Shown here: positions 13,601 through 27,000 of the stretch, one piece after another
Position numbering within the stretch: position 1 is the first letter of the stretch
Layout of the letters: each line of letters opens with the position of its first letter
Assembly (NCBI GenBank): GCA_950097015.1
Contig: CATNEN010000037.1
Location: 3,968,001-4,032,000 of the forward strand
Length of the DNA stretch: 64,000 nt
From: Macrostomum hystrix
Taxonomy: Eukaryota; Animalia; Platyhelminthes
Direction: 5' to 3'
The notes under the pieces: generated by a model
Told to the model about the DNA's origin: nothing
The model's database searches: none
The model's input: the letters and a program-made list of their open reading frames with translations, nothing else
Made by a program: the position numbers and the translations under genes

Positions 13601-14436
13601 CAACTCCCTGTTACCCCTATCTACTCCCTGTTACCCCTATTAACTCCCAGTTACCCCTATCTACTCCCTGTTACCCCTATTAACTCCCAGTTACCCCTAT
13701 CTACTCCCTGTTACCAGTATTAACTCCCTGTTACCCCTATCAACTCCCTGTTACCCCTATCTACTCGCTGTTACCCCCATCTACTCCCTGTTACCCCTAT
13801 CTACTCCCAGTTACCCCTATCTACTCCCTGTAACCCTATCTACTCCCTGTTACCCTATCTACTCACTGTTACCCCTATCTACTCACTGTTACCCCTATCT
13901 ACTCCCTGTTACCCTTATCAACTCCCTGTTACCAGTGTTACCCCTATCTACTCACTGTTACCCCTATCAACTCCCTGTTACCCCTGTTTACTCCCTGTTA
14001 CCAGTATTAACTCCCTGTTACCCCTATTAACTCCCTGTTACCCCTATTAACTCCCTGTTACCCCTATCTACTCTCCTCATTGCCTATACCTGTCCGCCAG
14101 GTGGAGGTATTCCGTCACTCCATAGGCGAGCACCTGCTAGTTGGCAGCCGGTGCGCCCTAACCAATCGGGGCGGCCTAGTGGACCCGATGACGCCAAAGG
14201 CCAGTCTGGACGAGCTGGCCTCCCTGCTGCAGGTGCCTTTGGCGGCTGGCACAGTTAACAAGGGCTCGCCAATCATCAGCGCTGGCTTAGTTGTGAACGA
14301 CTGGATCGGCTTCTGCGGCGTTGACACCACCGCCACCGAGCTGGGCCTAGTGGAAAGCGTCTTCCAACTCGGCGACAAGCTGCCATCCTCCGTGGCTGCC
14401 AACATGCGGGACGCCCTCATCGATACTATGGCCTAA
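10624..14436 (+). CDS. EIF6: Eukaryotic translation initiation factor 6
   Basis: Exons 10624-10891, 12351-12481, 14101-14436 = 735 nt, 244 aa. [60 protein letters not shown]. Confidence 0.97.
10995..12285. repeat. 28-bp minisatellite (~46 units) in eIF6 intron 1
   Basis: Unit cagcctgacttcaggaccatcatcttat. Confidence 0.95.
12700..14075. repeat. ~20-bp pyrimidine-rich minisatellite in eIF6 intron 2
   Basis: Unit ctactccctgttacccctat with variants. Confidence 0.95.
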
Positions 14437-14953
14437 CTGGGGGCTAAACTAGTTATTAATGCTCTATAGTTCTTAGCCAGCCAATTCATGATCCCAGCCG
14501 ATCTCCATGCCGCATATTTGGCAACTAATTAGATGTCGGTGAATTCTCGCTAATTAATCACCATTTCTAGCTACTCCGACCATTTACCTGCGTTTATGTA
14601 GGCTGCAATTGAAACGCGAACAGCTCTGCGCCCCTCAATTTTAATAATGCATCGCCTAATTTATTGTTCTTTATGGATGTGCTTTTATAATGGCATATTA
14701 CGAGTGTTTGTATCTTGTTCTTAGATTTTGGATTTGGTTTATTCAACTGGGTGATCAACGGGCTATTTTTCACCTTTCAAACTCTGCGGTAGTATATTAT
14801 TATGCTTATCTATATTGACAACTCGAGTATCGCTACTGCTGGCCTGTTAGATAAGTAGCATGTAGACAAGCAGTAGACAATTTTTGTAAGTTTCATCAAA
14901 GAGTATAATTTGTCTACTTCTTGTTCATAGCTTTTGTAATATGTCGATTTAAA

Positions 14954-14959
14954 AATAAA
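14954..14959 (+). promoter_or_regulatory. Candidate polyadenylation signal of eIF6
   Basis: AATAAA ~520 nt after the eIF6 stop. Confidence 0.4.
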
Positions 14960-15184
14960 CTAAATATTTTGCAATAACCGTACAGAAACATCCTCTGGCG
15001 CAGTTGTTTTTGCACAGTCGCGAACGCTGTGCGTGTCCGCCTAGCTTTGGCTTCGAGCTCTCTGGTGAAAGAATAAATTAATAGACAATTCTCTACGAAA
15101 TAGTTCTTTCATTCGCGTTGATTTTTTTAATTCCGACCACCACCTATCATCAGTTTTAAGCCCATCCCATTTCACTCCGTGTAA

Positions 15185-16765
15185 CCCCCCACCAAATCTA
15201 TTTCCTCCACACCCCACCCCACTAAATCCGCCTCCCCCCACATCATCTGAAACCCCCTCACCCCACCCCATCTGAATCCGCTTCATACCCACCCCATATC
15301 GATCCGCTTCACCCCCGACGGCCACGCCATCTGAATCCCCCTCACCCCCACCCCATCTGAAACCCCCTCACCCCACCCCATCTGAATCCGCTTCATACCC
15401 ACCCCATATCGATCCGCTTCACCCCCGACGGCCACGCCATCTGAATCCCCCTCACCCCAACCCCATCTGAATCCCCCTCACCCCAACCCCATCTGAATCC
15501 CCCTCACCCCAACCCCATCTGAATTCCCCTCACCCCAACCCATCTGAATTCCCCTCACCCCAACCCCATCTGAATCCCCCTCACCCCAACCCCATCTGAA
15601 TCCCCCTCACCCCAACCCCATCTGAATCCCCCTCACCCCAACCCATCTGAATTCCCTTCACCCCAACCCCATCTGAATCCCCCTCACCCCAACCCATCTG
15701 AATTCCCTTCACCCCAACCCCATCTGAATCCCCCTCACCCCAACCCCATCTGAGTCCCCCTCACCCCAACCCATCTGAATTCCCTTCACCCCCACCCCAT
15801 CTGAATCCCCCTCACCCCAACCCCATCTGAATCCCCCTCACCCCAACCCATCTGAATTCCCTTCACCCCCACCCCATCTGAATCCCCCTCACCCCAACCC
15901 CATCTGAATCCCCCTCACCCCAACCCCATCTGAATTCCCCTCACCCCCACCCCATCTGAAACCCCCTCACCCCAACCCCATCTGAATCCCCCTCACCCCA
16001 ACCCATCTGAATTCCCTTCACCCCCACCCCATCTGAATCCCCCTCACCCCCACCCCATCTGAAACCCCCTCACCCCAACCCCATCTGAATCCCCCTCACC
16101 CCAACCCCATCTGAATCCCCCTCACCCCAACCCCATCTGAATCCCCCTCACCCCCACCCCATCTGAATCCCCCTCACCCCCACCCCATCTGAAACCCCCT
16201 CACCCCAACCCCATCTGAATCCCCCTCACCCCAACCCATCTGAATTCCCTTCACCCCCACCCCATCTGAATCCCCCTCACCCCAACCCCATCTGAATTCC
16301 CCTCACCCCCACCCCATCTGAAACCCCCTCACCCCAACCCCATCTGAATCCCCCTCACCCCAACCCATCTGAATTCCCTTCACCCCCACCCCATCTGAAT
16401 CCCCCTCACCCCCACCCCATCTGAAACCCCCTCACCCCAACCCCATCTGAATCCCCCTCACCCCAACCCCATCTGAATCCCCCTCACCCCAACCCCATCT
16501 GAATCCCCCTCACCCCCACCCCATCTGAATCCCCCTCACCCCCACCCCATCTGAAACCCCCTCACCCCAACCCCATCTGAATCCCCCTCACCCCAACCCA
16601 TCTGAATTCCCTTCACCCCCACCCCATCTGAATCCCCCTCACCCCAACCTCATCTGAATCCCCCTCACCCCAACCCATCTGAATTCCCTTCACCCCCACC
16701 CCATCTGAATTCCCTTCACCCCCACCCCATCTGAATCCCCCTCACCCCAACCCCATCTGAATCCG
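15185..16765. repeat. ~26-bp C-rich minisatellite (G-run-rich on minus strand)
   Basis: Unit catctgaatccccctcaccccaaccc. Confidence 0.95.
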
Positions 16766-17479
16766 CCTGACCCTATGATGCCACTGAAATTTTAATTCCA
16801 AATATGTCAGTCCTACAGCGAAGCCATTCAAAGGCCGAAGTAAAAAGAATGTCTCGCAGGACTCCCACATGAAGGCTCATTTCATTTGGTTCAACTCGCT
16901 TTTAGAAAAGCGAGGTACAAAGCAATCGAGAATTTCCGCTGCTTTCTGTGAATCTCTTTTTTGCGCAGCCTTTGAGAACTTGCCTGCGGAAGATCTCGAT
17001 ACAGGCTCTGCCCCATTCAGCCAGCGCCTGAGATCCTTGAGCATACATGTAATTAACCTGTTGCGAAGAGGTTGTTAGTTAAGCTCTCTTTCTCATCCAG
17101 CCTGCGCTCAGAAGCCTCTGTAATGGCAGTCTCTGATGACGTCTAGATAATTTAAATATGCTCGTAGATAATTTATAGCAGAATCCAACGGCCGGTTCTT
17201 TGTGAGTCAGACAGCTATCTGGCTCGACTGTAAGCAGTTACGGTGGGAAGTATAGAGTGTGGCAGGCGCAATATGTGACGGCTTTGCTTTCTAGTCTTGC
17301 TTTCTATCCTACAAGCATTTCTATGTTCTACTATTCAATATTTCGTACAAGTGTTGTAAACAGGCGTTCACCAAGTGTTTCTATAGTTTGAAGGCGATTG
17401 CAATCTTTTAGAATGTCAAAAATGATCATTACTGCTATTTTCTGCATGCTAAAATGCTATATTAATCTGTAGCTGAAAT

Positions 17480-18058
17480 TGCAGCTAGATCTCATTTAGA
17501 ATCTGGAATGGCAGCTAGATCTCTTTTAGAATCTGGAAACGCAGCTAGATCTCATTTAGAACGTGGAATCGCAGCTAGATGAGTATCTAAAATCGTAACT
17601 AGATCCTTAGCTGGAATCGCAGCTAGATCCGTAGCTGGAATCCCAGCTGGAATCGCAGCTAGATCTGTAGCTGGAGTCGTGGCTGGAATCGTAATTGGGA
17701 ATCGCAGCTAGATCCGCAGCTAGAATCGCAGCTGGGAATCGCAGCTAGATCCGTAGCTGGAATCGCAGCTAGAATCGCAGCTAGATCCGTATCTGGAATC
17801 ACAGCTAGATCCGTAGCTGGAATCGCAGCTGGAATCGTAGTTGGGAATCGCAGCTAGATCCGTAGCTGGAATCGCAGCTAGAATCGTAGCTGGAATCGTA
17901 GCTGGAATCGCAGCTAGATCTGTAGCTGGAGTCGCAGCTAGAATCGTAATTAAGAATCGCAGCTAGATCCGCAGCTAGAATCGCAGCTGGGAATCGCAGC
18001 TAGATCTGCAGCTGGAATCGCAGCTGGGAATCGCAGCTAGATCTGCAGCTGGAATCGC
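17480..18058. repeat. Degenerate 12/24-bp minisatellite
   Basis: Units such as ggaatcgcagctagatccgtagct. Confidence 0.9.
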
Positions 18059-18844
18059 GGTGTTCGCATCCTTGGTTTCCTGGCAGTACGAGTATCAGAA
18101 GTAGAAAGCGTTTTAAGGTACAATAATAACAAGAGCAATTACTTTTTGCTCGTCCAGGGCTAGCAGTTAAAGGGGATTTAAAAACGATTTACGGGATTTC
18201 ACTCACTTTCGCATCCCCTCTCCTGCGTCAGGCTCCTCCATTGCAACTACCCGTCTCATCTGCCCTTCATCGAATCTCCTGAGACATTGTTTTTTTCTAG
18301 CGAACTTTTTTTACCGAATCTCTGCATGCCTCCTCCGCTACGCCACCCCCATTAATTCCAAGTTCTCGAGCTGCGGACGGCCAAAGATTCCCGCTGTCCC
18401 ATCTCGTACGCAATTGTGCCGATAACCATGATACGCGTTTCTCAGCGCATGAGATTTTCCTCTCTCTCCCTCCTATCCCCCTCCCTCTCATCTGCCTCCC
18501 CTGAGAGCTGCTGCTGCTGCTGCTGTCTTTAGGCAGGGCGGGGACAGAGAGGGGGAAGACTAAAGAGACTTCCCGTGTAGACCCCACGGGCAGAAGAGGA
18601 CAGGACGGTCGGATGCAGAAGATATTCAAGATATTCTTGTCCTGGAAGCATTTCCCCTATTTTTTTCATTTTTATCCCACTTTTTACTCGGGAGCAAAGC
18701 CGAGCAGCAACATCTCAAGCTGCCCATCTTTCTACCCCCCAATGTTCTCGCTGATTACCTTTGAGCACCTCCAGGATTAAGGCCAGGGGCTTCTGAACCT
18801 TCATTTGCCTTGATTTCCTATGCCTTTTGTCTCTCCAACTTTAC

Positions 18845-20296
18845 TAGCTAACTAATTACCTGCGTATCTAGCTAACTACCTGCGTATCTAGCTAACTAAT
18901 TACCTGCGTATCTAGCTAACTACCTGCGTATCTAGCTAACTACCTGCGTATCTAGCTAACTACCTGCGTATCTAGCAAACTACCTGCGTATCTAGCAAAC
19001 TACCTGCGTATCTAGCTAACTACCTGCGTATCTAGCTAACTACCTGCGTATCTAGCTAACTACCTGCGTATCTAGCTAACTACCTGCGTATCTAGCTAAC
19101 TACCTGCGTATCTAGCTAACTACCTGCGTATCTAGCTAACTACCTGCGTATCTAGCTAATCACAAGCGTATCTAGTAAACTACCTGCGTATCTAGTAAAC
19201 TACCTGCATATCTAGCTAACTACCTGCGTATCTAGCTAACTACCTGCATATCTAGCTAACTACCTGCATATCTAGCTAACTACCTGCATATCTAGCTAAT
19301 TACCTGCGTATCTAGCTAACTACCTGCGTATCTAGCTAACTACCTGCGTATCTAGCTAACCACAAGCGTATCTAGCTAACTACCTGCATATCTAGCTAAC
19401 TACCTGCATATCTAGCTAACTACCTGCGTATCTAGCTAACTACCTGCGTATCTAGCTAACTACCTGCGTATCTAGCTAACCACAAGCGTATCTAGTAAAC
19501 TACCTGCGTATCTAGTAAACTACCTGCATATCTAGCTAACTACCTGCGTATCTAGCTAACTACCTGCATATCTAGCTAACTACCTGCATATCTAGCTAAC
19601 TACCTGCGTATCTAGCTAACTACCTGCGTATCTAGCTAACTACCTGCGTATCTAGCTAACTACCTGCGTATCTAGCTAACTACCTGCGTATCTAGCTAAC
19701 CACAAGCGTATCTAGTAAACTACCTGCGTATCTAGTAAACTACCTGCATATCTAGCTAACTACCTGCGTATCTAGCTAACTACCTGCGTATCTAGCTAAC
19801 TACCTGCATATCTAGCTAACTACCTGCGTATCTAGCTAACTACCTGCATATCTAGCTAATTATCTGCGTATCTAGCTAACTACCTGCGTATCTAGCTAAT
19901 TATCTGCGTATCTAGCTAACTACCTGCGTATCTAGCTAACTACCTGCATATCTAGCTAATTATCTGCGTATCTAGCTAACTACCTGCGTATCTAGCTAAT
20001 TATCTGCGTATCTAGCTAACTACCTGCGTATCTAGCTAATTATCTACGTATCTAGCTAACTACCTGCATATCTAGCTAATTACCTGCATATCTAGCTAAC
20101 TACCTGCGTATCTAGCTAATTATCTGCGTATCTAGATAATTACCTGCGTATCTAGCTAATTACCTGCGTATCTAGCTAATTACCTGCGTATCTAGCTAAT
20201 TACCTGCGTATCTAGCTAATTACCTGCGTATCTAGCTAATTACCTGCGTATCTAGCTAATTACCTGCGTATCTAGCTAATTACCTGCGTATCTAGC
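18845..20296. repeat. 20-bp minisatellite (~72 units)
   Basis: Unit tacctgcgtatctagctaac. Confidence 0.95.
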
Positions 20297-21052
20297 AAGC
20301 CTAGCTTGCACCTCTGGCTGCTTGAGCAGGCAAAATGAGACATAAGGGTTGACTAAGGTGAGTGGTTAAGGGATAAAGGCAGTGGGGGCTTATTCTGTTG
20401 TTGCGAGTTTATCAGATTGCTACACAGGCCGCTGTAAAGACAGTCAGTCTCCTGTACCCGTTGCCCGTCAGGCAGCCCACCTCCCTCCCTGCGTTCTCTG
20501 TCCCACTCTAGTCCCGAGCCCGCGACCTCCCATTAGCCAATTATGCTCAAATGACCGGATAATCACCTGCGAGCAGATGAGCCCCTCATCCCTTCTGCCG
20601 CTCTCCACGCTATTCGCACACGAATGCGACTCCTTCTCTCCCCGGGTCTCCCATCTACCTTGCTCTTTCTCCAGCGTAGGCTGAGAACAGGGTCCGTGGC
20701 ATGTTGCGTGTGAGCTCGTAAGAGAGCGTTGCCGGGGTGCTGCCGACGCTTCAGCTGAGGCGACTGCAGCTTTGAAGTTGCACACTTGCGCCTCTTAACC
20801 GAATCCGTCTTTTTGTGTGAAACGGCTGCGACTGGATGATGATGAAGATGAAGAGACGCAGAGACAGACAGTAGCGGAGGCGGAGGCGGAGGCAGAGGCG
20901 AGGAGCGCAGGCGGACCTTGAGCAGGTCTTCCTCTCTCTCTCTCTCTCTCTCTCTCTCGCTCAAAGAGAGCTAGCTATTCGCAAGAGGATTCAGAAAGCT
21001 ATTCAAAGTCGACACACACAGAGAAAGATTTGCTAGCAACGGGAACATCCCT

Positions 21053-24000
21053 ATGGGGGGTTGGCTGGAAAGACAGACGGCTGACAACCCCACTCCGCTG
21101 CATTCCCTCGGCTTCAGCGCTCCCCCCCAATCGCAACGAGCCGCTTTTCCTCCTCTCTTCATCGCCCGCCAAGATGTTGTGCTCACAGGCTTGACTATGC
21201 TCACAGCAACTTCGCCAAGTGGACGCTCCGACAGGTGACAATCCGAATCGGATGCGGCAGTCCTGGAGGTCTATAATCTGTCTACAGGACTCAGCTGATT
21301 CCTAACAACTTCGGCGGCATCTGGCGCTGAGAGGCGTCGCCAGCGAGACCTTCAGTTACTCAGCTCAAGGGCCAGGCAAGTCCAGTCTCAATCTACGAGT
21401 ACGAGTATCTGCCTCGAACACTAGTCGCTCAAAAGCAGCAAAAATTTGCATGAAAAAATGCTAAAAAACTGAACATTATTTTCGGCTTCCCTCGGCGCTG
21501 CGACGACCGAGACGAGTCACGTGATCAGCTGCCTGTCCATGTGGGACCGGCATTCCCCACTGCTAATTATTTGTCAGCTTTCCCAGCTCCTCAGTCCTGT
21601 CCTGCGGAGACAAAGCGGCGCCTCCGCTCCTCACCCCCCTGAGGCCTGAAGAAAAGCCGGGAATAAATCTCTGCATGCCCCTCAAAGACGATTCTGTCCC
21701 TGAATTTTTCTACCCTACTATTGAGCTAGCTCAAGAGCTGAGCTAGTGAGGGGCCATGAGCTCATATTTTGTTTAATCTCATACAAACCGCAGCCTCCGG
21801 ACCGATCGGATGAGCTTCATCAGCCGCGAGGCGAGCCCCGTGAAGCCCAGCCTGCTGACTGTGGTCAACTCGCACAAGATCCTGCGTGCCCGGCAGTCCA
21901 CCTTCACGCCTGACGGCCTTCAGCGACTGCGCCAATTCGGCATCGGCGCCGCGTGCGGCTGCGCCCGCTGCTGCGGCGGCGGAGGCGGACACAACGGCAA
22001 CGCCGAGGACGACAACAGCTGCGAGAAGGTCCGGCCGCACCCGCTGCGCCTGGAGCCGCGGGACATTCAACTGCCAGATTTCGCCTGCGAGTTACGCGCG
22101 CCTGACGACACGCGGCCCGTGGGAGTCGAAGAAGACATCGACGATGTTGACATTGTGGAAGAGCTTGTCGAAGTTGAAGATGACAGCCGCCGTCTCGCTG
22201 TCCTGGCCGACTGCTTCCTGCTGCTGCTGCGCGCCAATTCGTCCGCCGCTGTCGCCGTCGGGGATCTCGCCGAGCAGGCTGAGCTCGGCCTGTGCCGGGC
22301 GCACTGGGCAGCCGTCCTAGCTTGGGCGCACGCTCTGACCGTCGAGGCTGTCGTCTGCCTTCGTGGCGTCCGGCTTGAAGCTGCCGGTGGCACCGAGGCC
22401 ACCGGAGTTCGCCTCGCCTGGCCCAGCGGAACTTGCCAACCCGCGATGGTTCTCGAACCCTTGACCTGCAGCCCGGTCACACTGCACGAGCTGCTGCTGG
22501 CCGCAAGCCAGCTGGACTCTCGCGGCCTCCTGGCTCAACTGCCGCCAGAGCCGGGCAGCTGCCTGCCGCTCGAATGCACGCCAGCAGGCGGCTCGCAGCC
22601 GCACTCGCCGGTTCCGATGGCGACGCAGCATCAGCTGCAGCCGAAGCTGCTGCTGCCGCTGACCTGTCAGCAACAGTCGCAGCCGCCATCAGCTGTCCAG
22701 CAGCCGCAGTCGCCGCATGCCCAGGCGCTGCTCCAGTCTCCGCTGGGTCAGCAGCGCTCGCCGCGCTTCTTTAAGCGCAAATTCGACTCGCTGTGGGCAT
22801 TCTTCGGCACCGGTGGCGCGCCTGTGGCCCAGCCGTCGCGAATGTTCTACGCCGCCCTGAGCCGTCCCGAGCTCGAGTCCTTCATGCACGTGGCCAGAAA
22901 GCCGCGAGCCCGCCGTCAGAAACTCTGGGCGGTGCTGCACACCCGCACTTTGTACTTCTTCAAGCAGAGCTCGGCCGCCTGCAACGCCGAATTCGAAGTC
23001 GACCTCATGAACCTCAGCGGCCTGGAGGTCACGGAGGACGCGGCCGCGAAGGACGCCGCCAGAAGGGATCCGCTCTCGCCTAGCGGTCTCCGCACCGTCA
23101 CGCTGCGCTTCTCCAACTCAAAGAAGTGCATCTACCTGACCCCGCTGGACAAGTTCGACCTGCGGCGCTGGCTGGATGGACTCGAACGGCTCATGAGCGG
23201 CAACAGCGGCTGCGGCTTCGGCTCCGATGGCACGCCGGACGAGGACGGGCTGGGCCGCCTGCAGGCTCGCCGGCTGTCCGGCCTGAGCAACTCCTTCCAC
23301 AACTTGTCCTCGGCCGGGGCCAGTCGACCGGCTTCTCCGCCGGCCGGGGCGGCTGGAGGCCTGTCCGGTGGAGTCAGCGGCAGCGGCGGCGGCGCTGGCG
23401 GCTGTGGAGCCGCCGGGAAGGTGGCCGGGAAGGACGGTCGTCTGGGGGTGCCTTCGGTGAGCCGTCTAAGCCCTTTGCAACAAAACTGATCAGAATGTCA
23501 GTTTGGGATCTGATCAGAATGTCAGTTTGGGATCTGATCAGAATGTCAGTTTGGGATCTGATCAGAATGTCAGTTTAGGATCTGATCAGAATGTCAGTTT
23601 GGGATCTGATCAGAATGTCAGTTTGGGATCTGATCAGAATGTCAGTTTAGGATCTGATCAGAATGTCAGTTTAGGATCTGATCAGAATGTCAGTTTGGGA
23701 TCTGATCAGAATGTCAGTTTGGGATCTGATCAGAATGTCAGTTTGGGATCTGATCAGAATGCCAGTTTGGGATCTGATCAGAATGCCAGTTTGGGATCTG
23801 AGCTCGCATGTGCTGTAACTAATTCCGGTTCATAATTTGATCAGAATCTGAACAACCGTGAGATGATGGCGTCCTGCAACAACCTAGATGAGCTCAGCGG
23901 TCGACGTGAGTACCAGCCTGTTTTTTAAAATATGTTTACACAAATTTACTCGAAAATCAACGGCTTCATTTTCTCCTATGTAAAACAAAAAATTGAGTGA

Positions 24001-27000
24001 ATAAAACGTCGAAAATTTGTTTCAGATTAAATGTCGTTTGATTTTTCTGTGTTTTTTCTGTAATAAAGAAACTTCATTTCCTAGATGCTTAAACATCTAA
24101 AAATTTTTTGTTTGGCAAATTTTCTATTCGCTTTTTACACGTCAAAATTTGCTGTTTCGTAATACTCCCCTTGCCTTGCGACAAAACAAGGTTTAAAAAT
24201 TAATCTAAATTTCAATCAACAATCAAAGCTTTAAACTCGGGGTGACATTCAAGTCTAACGGGATTTAACACCCGTGTCTAACAGGATTTAACACCCATGT
24301 CTAACAGGATTTAATACCCGATTCTAACAGGATTTAACACCCATGTCTAACAGGATCTAAAACCCGTGTCTAACAGGATTTAACACCCATGTCTAACAGG
24401 ATTTAACACCCGTGTCTAACAGGATTTAACACCCATGTATAACAGGATTTAACACCCGTGTCTAACAGGATTTAACACCCATGTCTAACAGGATTTAACA
24501 CCCGTGTCTAACAGGATCTAAAACCCGTGTCTAACAGGATTTAACACCCGTATCTAACAGGATTTAACACCCGTGTCTAACAGGATTTAATAGCCCGTGT
24601 CTAACAGGTGTGAGATCGATCACGGATCTGTCTATTCCTAGAATTTCCCTCACCCCGCTTACATTCGCCGTCAGAGTCCCCTGTCCGTTGCGCCGCGGCA
24701 AAATTCAGCCAGGGCGGCCAGACGACTCTGCTGAGCCATCAGGACAGCGCCATGCCCATCATCACCGTCAACTGCAGCGACGACTTCAGTCCACAGAGAG
24801 ACGACGAGCCGGAGGAAGAAGATAACGATTGCCAGGTTAGTCCTTATTAACAGGTGTGAATCTCTAGTGTTTAATCTTTTGAACAGGTGCGAAATCTGAT
24901 TCCATATCACAGATCATCATATCACAGTCCACATGGCAATATAATATGTCCTTTTATTTATTTTAAATCGAATGGCATTTAACGCATTGCGTCATTGATG
25001 CTCTCGGCACGAATCGCGTGCCGTTTGATCGCCTTGACTTCAAGCTGGGTTTGATGAAAAGCTTAAGAAATTGAAGATTAATTTACATTTTTAACAACGA
25101 GACCGCCGAATACAATTGGGGGCTGCTTTGCGATGAAAAAGTCTGCCATTCTGTTCCGTCAGTTAAATGTTTATTTTTATTAGATTTAGTTCTTCCTTTT
25201 CTTCTTTATATAAGTTAATATATCACCAGCAATAATGTGGCCAACCTGTTTGGCAGGGACACTAGTAACCTGTTCGGCAGGGACACTAGTAACCTGTTCG
25301 GCAGGGACACTAGTAACCTGCTAGACAGGGACACTAGTAACCTGCTAGACAGGGACACTAGTAACCTGTTAGACAGGGACACTAGTAACCTGTTAGACAG
25401 GGACACTAGTAACCTGTTAGACAGGGACACTAGTAACCTGTTAGACAGGGACACTAGTAACCTGCTAGACAGGGACACAAGTAACCTGCTAGACAGGGAC
25501 ACTAGTAACCTGCTAGACAGGGACACTAGTAACCTGCTAGACAGGGACACTAGTAACCTGTTAGACAGGGACACTAGTAACCTATTAGACAGGGACACTA
25601 GTAACCTGCTAGACAGGGACACTAGTAACCTGCTAGACAGGGACACTAGTAACCTGTTAGACAGGGACACTAGTAACCTATTAGACAGGGACACTAGTAA
25701 CCTGCTAGACAGGGACACTAGTAACCTGCTAGTCAGGGACACTAGTAACCTGCTAGTCAGGGACACTAGTAACCTGCTAGACAGGGACACTAGTAACCTG
25801 CTAGACAGGGACACTAGTAACCTGCTAGACAGGGACACTAGTAACCTGCTAGACAGGGACACTAGTAACCTATTAGACAGGGACACTAGTAACCTGCTAG
25901 ACAGGGACACTAGTAACCTGCTAGACAGGGACACTAGTAACCTGCTAGACAGGGACACTAGTAATCTGTTAGACAGGGACACTAGTAACCTGCTAGACAG
26001 GGACACTAGTAACCTGTTAGACAGGGACACTAGTAACCTGTTAGACAGGGACACTAGTAACCTGTTAGACAGGGACACTAGTAACCTGCTAGACAGGGAC
26101 ACAAGTAACCTGCTAGACAGGGACACAAGTAACCTGTTAGACAGGGACACTAGTAACCTGCTAGACAGGGACACTAGTAACCTGCTAGTCAGGGACACTA
26201 GTAACCTGCTAGTCAGGGACACTAGTAACCTGCTAGTCAGGGACACTAGTAACCTGCTAGTCAGGGACACTAGTAACCTGCTAGACAGGGACACTAGTAA
26301 CCTGCTAGACAGGGACACTAGTAACCTGTTATACAGGGACACTAGTAACCTGTTAGACAGGGACACTAGTAACCTGTTAGACAGGGACACTAGTAACCTG
26401 TTAGACAGGGACACTAGTAACCTGCTAGACAGGGACACTAAGTAACCTGCTTAGACAGGGACACTAGTAACCTGCTAGACAGGGACACTAGTAACCTGTT
26501 AGACAGGGACACTAGTAACCTGCTAGACAGGGACACTAGTAACCTGCTAGACAGGGACACTAGTAACCTGCTAGACAGGGACACTAGTAACCTGTTAGTC
26601 AGGGACACTAGTAACCTGTTAGACAGGGACACTAGTAACCTGCTAGACAGGGACACTAGTAACCTGCTAGACAGGGACACTAGTAACCTGCTAGACAGGG
26701 ACACTAGTAACCTGCTAGTCAGGGACACTAGTAACCTGCTAGACAGGGACACTAGTAACCTGCTAGACAGGGACACTAGGCAGAGACACCAAGTCACATT
26801 TTTGAAACTCAGAACTCACTAAAAATGTGTTCCTATTTATTTGGCTGATTCTCCTCATAGTTTGCATTAATTCCTTCTTACATTAATGCCTACACATTCC
26901 ACACAATGCGACCCGTCAACGCGCAGCTGAAGAAGCTGGAGATTTGGCGATCCTCCTCGGACTCAATCGACCAGCTCACCCCGGAGGAGATTGCCGAGCT

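Noticed and set aside
12597-13643. Long ORFs over tandem arrays (also 25215-26797, 27191-27893, 28061-28624, 34386-35033, 37235-38356, 44793-45230, 51885-52380, 54123-54453, 55370-56638)
   Set aside because: They are translations of minisatellites whose units lack stops; they lie in introns or spacers and have no domain or signal context.
21762-23578. Multiple overlapping ORFs on both strands of the PH gene (similarly over WDR1, Syt4, MORN1, the channel and SF3B1)
   Set aside because: Expected shadows of GC-rich coding sequence; no independent motifs.
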